Assembly (NCBI RefSeq): GCF_006345805.1
Contig: NW_021832258.1
Location: 1-64,000, forward strand
Source: Octopus sinensis
Taxonomy: Eukaryota
Direction of reading: 5' to 3'
Length of the DNA stretch: 64,000 nucleotides
Numbering within the stretch: the first letter of the stretch is position 1; every line of letters begins with the position of its first letter. The notes under the pieces are model-generated. The model was not told where the DNA came from. It did no database searches and worked only from the letters and a program-made list of their open reading frames with translations. Both the position numbers and the translations under genes were made by a program. Shown in pieces: positions 27,885-40,662 of the stretch.

Positions 27885-28823
27885 TATATATATATTATAT
27901 ATATAGATATGCGTTTAATAGGGTGGGTATGTAACCTGGCATTCGAACGTTGGTTTCATACTTTTACAAAGTTATGAATTATCGCTTATCCATCTCTTGT
28001 GAGTACTCACAAATCTCTTCATATCTTCATGAAATCTAAATTTTAACGTAGTCACAACTAGATTCATAGCAGATTTAATAAGCATGCGCACGCTGTTATA
28101 CGTATGAAATTGCATTGCAAAAACGATATTCTAAATTTACTCAGGGCTCATGCTTGGTGAATTAAATAGAAAAGCTTCTGATTGGCTTGGTTGCCATAAT
28201 GATCAAAGATAGCTTATAGATGACCCGAGGACATTATCCCATCAGTTGATCTGTATTCACTGCTGCTGTGCATGTTTCAGAATAGTTTATATTGCAATTT
28301 TGAGAAAAATTTATCAATGTTATTTTAGGTTCTATGATCGAACGATAAGATAACGTCTTGAATTGACTGGAGAGAGAAATCGAATGTTTTTCCAGGGTAT
28401 TTATGCTTCAACATTATCAGACAACCAGCACCAGCACCAACATCACCGCTTGTTGCGGCATCTACACGAGCAGAGGCGGCAGTGGCACACTACCACCACC
28501 ACCACCACTACTACACTCACCATCATCATCAACACTACCACCATCATCACCACCACTAAAACAGCTGCCACCTCTAAAACAACCACACAGACACACACAC
28601 ACACACACACACAGAGATATATACAAATAGATAGACACAAACTCACATATATACATGCACCTGTGTGCACACATATATGAACACATGCACATATACATAC
28701 ACATGTATATATGTGTGTGTATACAAGTGCATATACACACATATATATATATAAATATATATATATACATATATGAACACATACACATATACATACACGC
28801 ATATATATATGTGTGTATGCATA

Positions 28824-28883
<60 letters not shown>

Positions 28884-28900
28884 CATCTATTTATCTATCT

Positions 28901-28942
<42 letters not shown>

Positions 28943-29558
28943 GATTTACATGTGTGTTTTGTAGTATTCGGGATTGTGTAATCAAGATTTGAAATAGATA
29001 TTCTTGAACACTGCTATTCAAAACAAAGGCCCTGATTGTATTTCATTTCTATTCTAATGAATTATTATATATCAATTTCAGAATTATATATTGACCGAAT
29101 GAACACATTTATGAATTGTCTTCTAAATGTACTTTTGACATAACCTGTAACCTTATCAATTATGATACGCTTAGGTTACGTCCCTTTATGTTTTGAAACA
29201 TCCCAGAGACTAGTAATTCGGTGATTTCCATCCTCCAATGCAAAACTATACTCTTTATTCACGTATGTCCAGAGGCATATAAATTACTCTTCCACTCTTG
29301 GAAGGTTATTTAATATGAAATCGTTCTTTAACATGAATTGGCTGTTATGAGAGTAAATTTATTCCGTACAGACCAATAGTTCGCTGCTTTGGTATGCTAG
29401 CTGGGACTGAGTCAACCGATTGATAAGACTGATGCTGAAAGCCACAAAATTACCTATAACTCTTCCAGAAACATGACTAATGATAGACCCCAGAGTGTTT
29501 TTAAGATGTGTCCTGAAAAAGAAAAGCCCCAAACAAACTTATATATATATATTATATA

Positions 29559-29591
<33 letters not shown>

Positions 29592-29605
29592 ATAATAAAT
29601 ATTAG

Positions 29606-29929
29606 GGAATGAATCCAAAATTACAGGGAAAAATCAGATTTAGGGTTAAATCCAATTTTATAGTAAAATATTATATAATATAATTCGAGACAAAACCACT
29701 ATTTTAAAACCAAACAAGGAAAGACTTAATCAATACATAAAATTTTAATATAAATTAAATAAACCGCCACTACAAATGTTTCATGTCTGCTCCGACAATC
29801 TTCAGGTGGATTTTCGATCTTCTAATCAGTATCAAAGTTTATTTAATTTATATTAAAATTTTATGTATTGATTAAGTCTTTCCTTGTTTGGTTTTAAAAT
29901 AGTGGTTTTGTCTCGAATTATATTATATA
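29606..29929 (-). mobile_element. Penelope-like 3' end with 93-bp inverted copy and hammerhead-like motif
   Basis: Arms 29672-29764 and 29837-29929 are near-perfect reverse complements. The spacer contains CCAC-CTGAAGA-T-TGTC-GGAGCA-GACA-T-GAA-ACATTTGT-A-GTGG on the minus strand. Both sides end in (TA)n. Confidence 0.75.
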
Positions 29930-29959
29930 TATATATATATATATATTCATATATTCTTT

Positions 29960-30265
29960 TATTCTTTTATTTGTTTCAGTTATTTTACTACTGCAGCCAT
30001 GCTGGAGCCCTGCCTTAAAGGGTTTTAGTCGACGAAATTGACCTCAGGACATATTTGTATGTCTAATTCCTATTGTATCGGGCTCTTTGCCGAACCACTA
30101 AGTTACGGGGACGTAAACACACTACACACGCACACAAACACAAACAGACACACACTTTGGTCAGTCCGAGGCTATGAAAGAAGACACTTTCCCAAGGTGC
30201 CACGCATTGGGACTGAACCCTGAACAATGTCGTTGGGAAGCAACCTTCTTACCACACAACCACAG
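29960..30265 (-). mobile_element. SINE family B
   Basis: tttcagt..ctgcagccatgctggagc..gccgaaccactaagttacggggacgtaaac..cccaaggtgccacgcattgggactgaaccc. Confidence 0.8.
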
Positions 30266-30371
30266 ATAGAAAAGCGTGTTGTGTGTGTGTGTAGTTATAT
30301 ATGAATATATATACGTATATTTGAATGTATGCATATATGTAATATATGTATATGTGCATATGTGCATATGC

Positions 30372-30403
<32 letters not shown>

Positions 30404-30413
30404 TATATATATA

Positions 30414-30456
<43 letters not shown>

Positions 30457-30641
30457 AATATACGTGTTTATGTATGCAGAGAACGGTTACAGTTTAGGAA
30501 AACTGAGGAATTGTTTAGTTCACGCAAGATATAAAACCAATATGACAGATGCCATAACCATTTATATTATGTAATGAGGTCCAGTTATATTGCAGTGTAA
30601 AGACTGGAGCGGATTTAGCGAGACTTTTACGTTACATACAA

Positions 30642-30710
<69 letters not shown>

Positions 30711-30899
30711 TGCGTGTGTGTGTGTGCATGTGTATATAAGAATATATGTGTATATGTATAATTGAGCATAAGCTTGTATTTATGTAGGCATGAGCTTTTG
30801 TTTTGCAGAATATTGATCTTCATATTTTTTTTTTTTTAGCTAGAAGCCTTTTTAGCCAGAAACCCAGCTGTTTATTTTAACTGACATGGTTTTATATTC

Positions 30900-31065
30900 C
30901 CTAAGAAATTCAACATTTACATTACCTACATTATTTACATTTGACGGATATTTGTCCTTATTTTGTTTGTTGTTCACACAACGCTTCAGCTGATATACCC
31001 TCCAGCCTTCATCAGGTGTCTTGGGGAATTTCGAACTTGGGTTTTCATTCCTAAATATAGAACTG
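30900..31065 (-). mobile_element. Penelope-like pLTR fragment, same family as 3440-3600
   Basis: The minus strand reads GACAC-CTGATGA-A-GGCTG-GAGGGTATAT-CAGCT-GAA-GCGT-T-GTGTG at 31020-30975. Confidence 0.65.
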
Positions 31066-31162
31066 TAATTAAACATTTGTCAGTAAAATTCTGCAAATCA
31101 GTTTCACTTGAACAAGTAACCTTTCTGACATTGACATTGCTTCGCTTTTGTTCTCTTTTTAA

Positions 31163-31650
31163 GGCGGCGATCCGGAAAAATCGTTACCGGTATTTCGTGT
31201 ACCTTTTAAGTTCTGAGTTCAAATTCCACTGAGGTCGATTTTGCCTTCCATCCTTTCGGAGTCGATGAAATAAGTACCAGTTACGCACTTTAGTCGATGT
31301 AATCGACTTATTCCTTCTCTTAAAATGTCAGGCCTTGTGCTTACAGTAGAAAATATAATTTTCATTCTTATTGAGTTAGAGAGCAGTGCATGCCATCAAA
31401 GTGACGCTTGGGTAAAATATACGAAGCCCAGTATACCCATCATGACTACCCGTCTGATAAGTATACACCAGGTACATGCATCACAACCATATGTGCGTAA
31501 CATGGTGATCTCAAATCAAGGTAAACAGCTCATGACCTTGCTGGTAGAGCCCAGTAAGAATTTTCTTCAGGGCGTGTAACCCATCCTGCTCAAAAGGTCT
31601 CTGAATACGGGTTTTTTAAGGATGTTGAACAAAACACCCATGCTTCCAGA
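31163..31650. mobile_element. SINE family A (31163-31345, +) followed by partial family C element (31378-31650, -)
   Basis: B-box gagttcaaattcc with family A body, then ggtaaaatatacgaagcccagtatacccatcatgactacc shared with 11030-11240. Confidence 0.8.
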
Positions 31651-31709
31651 TCGGTCTTTGATTTTCACGAAATTATTCGGTGATCTTCACAAACGATTGT
31701 TTTATAGTG

Positions 31710-32085
31710 CAGGTCTTTTATCTTTTGCTTGTTTCTGTCATTAGTCTGCGGCCATGCTGGGGCACAACCTTGAAGAATTCTTTAGTCGAATGAATCGGTT
31801 CTAGTACTTAGTTTTTTTAAAGAGCTTGGTAGTTATTGTCTGTCTCGTTTTGACGAATTGCCAAGTTTTGAGGACGTAAACACACCGACACCGGTTGTCA
31901 AGCGATTGTGGAGGGACAAACATGACACACACGCAACACACACACAACACACACACACACACACAGATATATGCATTCAAGTATACATCTACAACAGAAG
32001 ACATTAATCGAAGCTGCCACGTAGTGGGAATGAACCTGGAACCGTGTGGTTGAAGAGCAACCTTCGTAGCACACAGCCACACCTG
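31710..32085 (-). mobile_element. SINE family B with internal (CA)n
   Basis: ctgcggccatgctggggcac..ggacgtaaacacaccgacaccggttgtcaagcg..(CA)n..cacagccacacctg. Confidence 0.75.
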
Positions 32086-32601
32086 GGGATATAGGTTTCA
32101 CAGATTAGCCAAACACTTGCAAAAGATGGGGCATCTTTACAACTGTTCAATTGTGGGTAATATCATTACGTGTTAGTCATTTTCTTCAATCTTTGATCCC
32201 CTCCATCGCCGACTGTTCAGATATGTATTTCTACAGCTACACGCTTTGCCATTTTTACTACAAATGATATTATTTTGCACTGAATAATATTAATTGAATT
32301 TTTTCCTCACCAAAACAATATTCATGCATGAATAAATAATATGTATATATATTAGATATATATTTTAATTTTCATTTCAATGTCCAAGTAAATATAAACT
32401 ACGCTGCTGATAACTTCAGCAGTTGAAACCTATGCGTGCATATGAATAAAACATTAAATAGATTAATTTTGTCATTATTTGTGTTCTTTGCCATTTTTAC
32501 CATATGTTATAAAGAATGATAGCTATAAATCTTAAGAAAAAAGTATTGTTTTACCACATGCGGTGATATACATACATATGTATGTATGCATGTTTTCAGA
32601 C

Positions 32602-32687
<86 letters not shown>

Positions 32688-32691
<4 letters not shown>

Positions 32692-33010
32692 AATTAATAT
32701 GTTACCATTATTCAATAGCCAAGATAAAACTCTGAGTTTCGGATGCCGAAGTAGAAACACACAACACCATCTCTTTGATCCCCTCCATCGCCGACTGTTC
32801 AGATATGTATTTTTACAGCTACACGCCATCAAAGTGACTTATGAATTACACCAAGAGAAGGTGTTGTGGATTTCCACTTCGGCATCCGAAACTCAGAGTT
32901 TTATCTTGGCTATTGAATAATGGTAACATATTAATTTACAGGTAAATTTCCTCTATTTACATAATATTGAGGTCTTTTTCTTTCTTTTGTTATCTTACCG
33001 TTTTTACCAA
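32688..33010 (+). mobile_element. Penelope-like 3' end with 86-bp inverted copy and captured local sequence
   Basis: Arms 32688-32773 and 32855-32940 are reverse complements with a few mismatches. The spacer holds a 54-bp copy of 32191-32244. The tail ttaccgtttttaccaa runs into (TA)n. Confidence 0.7.
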
Positions 33011-33020
33011 TATATATATA

Positions 33021-33081
<61 letters not shown>

Positions 33082-33344
33082 TATATATATAAAGTCGTCC
33101 ATGGTAAACAGAAGGCAGTAGGACTAGCTCACCGTGAACAATGGATATAGCGGGACCAGACGCTCGAGCACCGCCTGACCGGGAGGAAACTCGGAAGTAC
33201 TGACCAGAGAAAATTTTACTTTCTTCAGTCTGCTAACACTGACCTCTGGCGGAGAATTACTAATTACTAACTCGCTTCAGCTACCCCACCTTCTCCCTCC
33301 ATGTTACATTTATCTTATTTGATTCACCATAACCCGCCTCTATT

Positions 33345-33755
33345 TTTCATCTTTTGCTTGTTTCAGTTACTGGACTGCGGACATACTGGGTCACGGCCTT
33401 AAAGAACTTTAACCAAAAGAATAGCCCGGAGGCTTCATTTTTCTACCTATGCCTGGTACTTACTTTATCAGTCTCTTATGCTGAGCTGCTAAGTTACGTG
33501 GACGTAAACAAACCCAAACCAGTTGTCATGCGGTGGTGATGGGGGGACAAATTCCAACACGATGATACACACACACACACGTACACACACATTTATATAT
33601 ACGACGAGCTTATTTCAATTTCTCCTCTACCAAATCCGTTTAAAATGCTTTGGTCAACCCAAAGCTATAATAAAAGACACTTGCCGAAGTTGCTTCGTAG
33701 TAAAAATGAACCCGAAACCGTGTGTTTGGAAAGCAAACTATTTCATTCACAGCCA
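33345..33755 (-). mobile_element. SINE family B with internal (CA)n
   Basis: ttgcttgtttcagttactggactgcgg..gctaagttacgtggacgtaaac..gacacttgccg..aacccgaaacc. Confidence 0.75.
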
Positions 33756-34285
33756 AGCCTGTATTTTTCTTATATTATTGAATTTAGATTTATAGATTTA
33801 TAGACTCTCTTGCCTACTATGCTCTTTGCCAACGTCTTCTGATGAGGACAACAAGACTCTCAATGCGAGTCTCTCTAAATCTGCTCCAGTCTTTACACTG
33901 CAATATAACTGGACTTCATTACATAATATACGTGGTTATGGCATCTGTCATTGTATCTATGAAACAGCTGTAGGTGAAAGAATTGATTACACCAGTTATT
34001 TGTAGTCACGGCATTATATGTAAGTATATTTACGTCTGGGTTCAGCCCCGCATCGGGATACCTTGGAAAAGTCTCTTCTACTATAGGCATGTGTCGGCCA
34101 AAGCATTGTGAGTGGATTTGGTTGACGGAAACTGAAAGGAGCCCGTCGATTCTTTATATGTATATATATATATATGCATATATGTATGTATATATACATA
34201 TATGTATGTATGTATATATATAGACATATATTTATATATATATATACATATACATACATACATGCATACATACATACATACATAA

Positions 34286-34317
<32 letters not shown>

Positions 34318-34320
34318 CAT

Positions 34321-35025
34321 GTAAGTATTTCATTTATTTCCTACCGTATTTATCGCTGACGAGGAAAATAATTCTTATGAATTAACTCTGAAATTTGGAC
34401 CGATGTGATAATAACGAAATTTTTTAGAAATTTCTGTCGGCTTACTTCGAAACGCATGCTTATAGTGATAAATTATATGGCTATTGACAATTTGTCTATT
34501 TCCGGCATATTTGGCATTAGAATGTTTTTCTTTTGCCCTTGTTTATAAGTTGTTTATAAATTTAACCTTTAAATGAATTTTTTCATATGCTGGACATTGA
34601 TAGAATTTTTTTCGAAATATTTTATACTATATTAGATGTAAATTTAACAGTGTTCACTTCCGGACTCTCTCGCTCTATAAGAGTTTACAGTCCGTGTGCA
34701 CGTATCTCGAGGTGTGCTGGAGAATTTCTATTTTGGATAAAATTGGGGTACTTAAGTGTGCTCATGACTTAGTACTTGCTTCTTCCATGCGTATAAGTAA
34801 ATATTTCATTTATTTCTTACGCTATTTATCGCCTACGAGGAGAAAATTCTTATGAATTAACTCTGAAATTGTTACCGATGCAATAATAACGGAATTTTTT
34901 AGAAATTTCTGTCGGCTTACTTCGAAACGCATGCTTATAGTGATAAATTATATGGTTATTGAGGATTTGTCGATTTTCGGTATATTTGGCATTATAATTT
35001 TTTTCTTTTGCCCTTGTTTATAAGT

Positions 35026-35028
<3 letters not shown>
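34321..35028 (+). repeat. Two ~232-bp direct repeats (period ~475 bp), each with hammerhead-like core; pLTR/retrozyme-like
   Basis: 34321-34553 and 34797-35028 align throughout. GAAAC at 34449 and 34924; CTGACGA at 34356. Flanked by (TACA)n and (TA)n. Confidence 0.85.
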
Positions 35029-35094
<66 letters not shown>

Positions 35095-35099
35095 TAAAT

Positions 35100-35440
35100 G
35101 TTATTTGCCAACCTAATGAGGCTGTCCCGGTCGGGCCGAATGCTGATGTTGTTTAGCTCCAGGAGACATGGTCTCCAGCTGGCTATACGACACACAATCT
35201 GTGCCCTTATATTTTCGAACAGGGCAGTTTAGCACTCCCACCCCTTATAAAGCAGTATCTGTGGAAATAACACTGAAACCGTGCGGTCCAGAGATACTGC
35301 TTTCTCCTGGGTAGGGGTGGGGGCTAAACTCCCCTGTTCGAAAATGTAGGGACCTCGATAGCTGGAGACGATGTCTCTTGGGGCTAAACAACAGTAGCAT
35401 TCGGCCCAACCGGGACAGCCGCATTAGGTTTGCAAATAAC
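35100..35440. mobile_element. Foldback/palindromic MITE-like element
   Basis: Ends gttatttgccaacctaatgaggctgtcccggtcgggccgaatgct and agcattcggcccaaccgggacagccgcattaggtttgcaaataac are complementary. The inner segments also pair (ttttcgaacaggg/ccctgttcgaaaa; aaagcagtatctgtgga/tccagagatactgcttt). Confidence 0.85.
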
Positions 35441-35499
35441 CTTCACTTCAATGTGCTGCTAATGAATATCTCCGTTGAGAGATTTAGGAACAATAATGT

Positions 35500-35534
<35 letters not shown>

Positions 35535-35536
35535 TA

Positions 35537-35609
<73 letters not shown>

Positions 35610-35614
<5 letters not shown>

Positions 35615-35770
35615 AGGCGTGGCTTTGAGGTTAGAAACTTGCTTCTCGACCATATGGTTCTGGGTTCAGTCCTACTTCATGAAATCTTGGGAAACTGTCT
35701 TCTAGCGTAGCCTTGGGTCGACCAAAGTCGTGTGAGAGGATCTGGTAGACGGAAACTGAAATAAGCCCGT

Positions 35771-35830
<60 letters not shown>

Positions 35831-36125
35831 CGTGTGTGTGTGTGTGTGTATATGTATATGTATATATATTGTATATATTATATGTGTCAGTCTTTGTGTC
35901 TGTGTTTGTCCCTCTACCATAGCTAAATAACCGATGTTGGTGTGTTTAAGTCCCTATAACGCAGAAGTTCTGCAAAAGTTTCCGATAGAGTAAGCACTAG
36001 GCTTACAAAGGACAAATCGTGGGGGCGATTCCTTCGACTAAAATCCTTTAAGGCGGTACCCTAGCATGGCCGTAGTGAAATGACTGAAACAAGTAAAAGA
36101 GTAAAAGAATAAAAAGAATAAAAGA
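35610..36125 (+). mobile_element. Full-length SINE family B with internal (TA)n(TG)n
   Basis: tRNA-like head (A-box-like TGGCTTTGAGG, B-box GGGTTCAGTCC), microsatellite 35773-35880, second half ending gactgaaacaagtaaaagagtaaaagaataaaaag. Confidence 0.8.
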
Positions 36126-36272
36126 ATATGAGAAAAGAAGTTCGAAATGGAGAAAAAAAATATTAGAATTAATTTAGAGCCTAAAACATATCAATAGACT
36201 TCACCTGTTTTACAGTTGCCTTTCAAACGTGTATGCTATATGGGGTTGTGTGTCAATTTGCGTCTTTTGCGA

Positions 36273-36845
36273 AGGCGGCGAACTGGCAGGAACGTTAGCA
36301 CGCCGGACGAAATGCTTAGCGGTATTTCGTCTGCCGCTACGTACTGAGTTCAAATTCCGCCTAAGTCGACTTTGCCTTTTATCCTTTCGGGGTCGATTAA
36401 ATAAGCATCCATTACGCACTGGGGTCGATAAAATCGACTTAATCCGTTTGTCTGTCCTTGTTTGTCCCCTCTGTGTTTAGCTCCTTGTGGGTAGTAAAGA
36501 AGTAGGTATTTCACCTGTCTTTACGTTCTGAGTTCAAATTCCGCTGATGTCGACTTTGCCATTCTTCCTTTCGGGGTCGATTAAATAAGTACCAGTTACG
36601 CACTGTGGTCGATAAAATCGACTTAATCCATTTGTCCTCTCTGTGTCTAGCCCCTTGTGGTTAGTAAAGAAATAGGTATTTCGTTTATCTTTACGTTCTG
36701 AGTTCAAATTCCACCGAGATCGACTTGGTTTTCCTCTTTCGGGGTCGATAAATTAAGTACCAGTTGCGTACTGGAATCAATCTAATCGACTGGCGCCCCT
36801 CACCAAAAAGGTTTCGAGCCTTGTGCTTAGAGGAGAAAAGAAATT
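36273..36845 (+). mobile_element. Head-to-tail trimer of SINE family A
   Basis: B-box units at 36342, 36526 and 36696. Confidence 0.9.
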
Positions 36846-37334
36846 AATATCTTTTGTGGCCTTTGTTGTAAAAGAATGTTTGTTTTTAAAGACAGAGTGT
36901 GGCTGCGAACGCTTTCCGTTAACGTACAGATTGATTGGCCAACGTTTATGCGTTAATGACATGTGATACCAACACAAAGAACTAACGTAAACTCTTTCCT
37001 CCATTGAATATGTCATATGACGGTTAGAAAAGAGAGATATGAATAGGCGATATCGGTTTTATTGTTTTATTCTTTTATGTCGAGAGTAATAAAGACGGAA
37101 AATTGACTTTAATTAAAAAAATAATTGTTTACAGAAAATTTATATTGAGAGTTATTGTTTATTTTGTCGAAGAAAATATCTAATTAAGTAACTGTTCTTT
37201 TTAAATGTTAGATATTAAAATTGATATAATTTAATATAGTATAATGTAATAAATTTAATGTAGTATAATATGATAAATATAAAGTAATAAAATATTGTAA
37301 ACGTAATATAATATAACGTTAATAATAATATTCA

Positions 37335-37770
37335 TTTCAAATTTTGGCACAAGGCCAGCAATTTTGGGGGAGGTGCATGTCGGTTACATTGACCCCAGTG
37401 TTCAACTGGTGCTTATTTTATCGATCCCGAACAGGATGAAAAACTAAGTTGTCCTCGGAGGAATTTGAACTTAGAACGTAAGGTCTGAGGAAATGCCGCT
37501 AAACACTTTGCCCGACGTGCCAACGACTGCCAATGCGCCGCTTTAATACCAATAATCCTTTCTAATATTGGTACAAGGTCTGAAATTTTGGAGGAGGGGG
37601 TTAAGTCGATTACATCGACCCCAGTGACCAACTGGTACTTAATTTATCGACCTCAAAAGATTGACAGGGAAAGTCGACCTTGGCGGAATTTGAACTCAGA
37701 AAGTAGCGACGGGCGAAATACCGCAAGCATTTCGTCCAGCGTGCTAACGATTCTGCCAGCTCGCTGCCTT
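37335..37770 (-). mobile_element. Two SINE family A copies, minus strand
   Basis: ggaatttgaac(t/c) B-box reverse complements at ~37458 and ~37686. Confidence 0.8.
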
Positions 37771-38094
37771 TTTGTTTAATATTAATAATAATATTATCAA
37801 TTAGTTCAAGTTCACTCTCGTTGAGCTTGTTGAAAATCATATCCTAAATTTCTTTTCTTCCACTTTATCAATGTTTTGGCAATACCACAAATCAAACAAG
37901 AATAAATATGGAAAATTCGTTTATTAAAAAATTTCGATCCGCTGTTTAACAGGTAAAAAAGACCCACATCAGTAACGTATGATTCGGTTTGTACTATGAA
38001 TCAAGTGTTATAGAAATATATCAAGTATGTCTACTGGTTGTGAGACTTGGACACTGTCCGGGACCCTTTGAAGCTACATTAACTTCTTTGATAC

Positions 38095-38325
38095 CACAAT
38101 GCTTCGCAGGATTATCGGCTACCATTGGTCGGATTTTGTATCCAGCCTAGAACTCTGTTCAGAAACTTGGATGCTCTCTGTTGCTTGTATGATTCGGGTA
38201 TGCCTAATCAGAATGTGTGGCCATATTGCTCGATTTTCCGAGTTAGACCTCACTTTCCATATTCTCTTTAATGGGGCTGTGCTGACGGTTCGTGTTAGTC
38301 GACCACATTGTCAAGGCAGATAAAG
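38095..38325 (+). mobile_element. RTE-clade LINE C-terminal fragment
   Basis: LRRIIGYHWSDFVSSLEL..RMCGHIARF resembles the RTE LRRILG..W.D.VSN..RW.GHV.R motif. Confidence 0.65.
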
Positions 38326-39992
38326 AGGTCGTAAATTATCAAGATAAAGGGATGTAGCTCAACAACACTATCCTCTTCGACGTGAGTTAAAACCCTTGTC
38401 GATTCCACTTTTGATGTAAATTTAGCAGATGTTTCATCGTTTATTTGTTTAAGTGATTGGACTACGGCCCTGCCGGAGCACAGCTTTAGCGGGTTTAGTC
38501 AAACAAACTGACTCCGGCATTTATGTTTTATAAGTGTGGTACTAAGTTATCGGTTTTGGTTTCTTACGCTGAACTGTTAATCATGAGGACATATAGAAAC
38601 TTACACCGGTTGTAAAGCGGGGTTGTGGGATAAACATAAAGACACCTCCACCCCTACACACATGTAACGGCTTGCATCGACCAAATTTATTCCCAAGGCA
38701 TTAATCGGAGTCCTGTGGCTAGAGGAAACATTTGCGAGCATACACATCGAATGTAGGGTTTAAATTTTATTTTGTGTCTCTAGACTTGAAGTATATGCCA
38801 AAAAGGGGAGATAATCATGTCCTGTAACTGCTGGGCAAGGGCTAGCACTTTCTTGTTTTATTATGTAGATAGAGTCTTTAATATATTTATACTCTGAGTA
38901 ACTTCATATTAGCAGCTCAATTTACTGGACAGTTGCGAAGCCGCCATTTTGGCTATAGAAACATCATAACCCCGCTCACATTCTTTTAAACCATTCATTT
39001 CTTATCAAGTGTTCACATAACTTCTTCACTTCAACCTCATGTTATCTTTTCTTATGAATCTAGAATAATATTTAAATATTTTAAATTGCTTTCATCCAGG
39101 GACAGTTATTAGAGAAAATTGATAATAGATTATTATTTTTTCACACCTCCCGTCCATGAATAAATAATTAGATTTTATCAGATCATGATGCTTCTTATTT
39201 ATTTCTTTGTCATTCTTTCCAGATAAATAAGTCTATCAATAAAACTGACAGCCAGTCGTTTCAGGAAGACAAACATCTACGCAGCTACAAAAATGAAAGT
39301 TTGCATAATATACATTTACATACATACATACACACGCATGCGAACATACACATACACGTATGGGTTTGTGTGTGAAAGAGAGAGTGTGTTTGACTGTGTA
39401 CGTATACCTTTCCGTATATAAACATATGTATACATAGATATAAACATACATCCATATAGTGTGTGTGTGCGTGTGTGTGTGTGCGTGTGTGTGTGTGCGT
39501 GGGGTTATGTTAGTGTTAGGAGTGTGCCTGTAGGTATGTGTGTATAAAATAATAACGGAAATATATATCTTGTAAATATAGTACTCGTTTCCCATAAAAC
39601 ATCTTAACAGAGTTCAGTAGACGTGAAATAAATTCATATTTAAAGCAATAATATAATGAAATATAATGATTACTAAAGTCTATGCACACAAAGAAATGTA
39701 ATCATTTCTTAATATTAATGTAAATATATAAATATGTATATTAAGTATATCTTCTTAAACAATCTCGTGTTTCTGACTCACGTAGCAGAAAAAAAAACGG
39801 GTACAGTATCTTCATCCGCAGATACCGAAAATGGAACTCTAACCAAATATCACTGCTTATATATAAACTCAGTGAAATATGGTGATTAATAACGGAAAGT
39901 AATAGAAGGATCCCAAAAGAATTCTCTCATGGTTTGTTTATGTATAAAACCCGTTGTTCATTGGATGGCTGTAAATATTACGTAAGCAAATC

Positions 39993-40205
39993 GGTGGGCT
40001 GGCAGAATCGTTAGCAAACCGGACAAAATGCTCTGCTGCATTTCGTCCGTGTTTACGTTCAGAGTTCAAATTCGACTTAGGTGGTCTTTAACCTTTCGTC
40101 CTTTCGAGTTTCAATAGAGTAAGTACCAGTTGAGTCCTGAGGTCGATGTCATTGACAAGCCCCCACCCCATAGAATTGTTGGCCTTGTGTCAAAATTTGA
40201 GAGTA
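39993..40205 (+). mobile_element. SINE family A
   Basis: ggctggcagaatcgttagc..gagttcaaattc..aagtaccagttgag..ggccttgtgtcaaaatttga. Confidence 0.75.
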
Positions 40206-40627
40206 ATATTATCTCCGTAAGTAGTGTATTTGTGAAAACTTTCGTGCTGTCACTTTTAATTGGCCATCTCATCGATTGTTTTTTGCATTAATCGACTTTG
40301 TTATTATATCCAATTTCGATGGATTATTAAATTTGCTGTTACTTGACTAAACATTGATTGTGTCTCACGTCACAACATTTTCGCACCTTCTTTGAATATT
40401 TTACCCAATGTCTCAAAATTGTGATCCATCCATTTCTTTGATAATTTCATTAGTCGCATTCTATTTTCTGGTCGATCTAAATTTTAGCTCACTCTGCTGT
40501 GAGTTATTGTTGCTATACGTCAACGGATATTTACACTGTTTCTTTTTCCGACTAGGTTTTTAAAATAGATTTATTTTGTTCTCTGCATTTTATGCCAGAC
40601 CAATTTTTATCCGTTAAGCAAGCGACA

Positions 40628-40662
<35 letters not shown>

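Noticed and set aside
33835-33880. CTGATGA plus hairpin (similar weak cases at 41472-41510 and 53454-53461)
   Set aside because: No intact GAAA or stem I; too degenerate to call.
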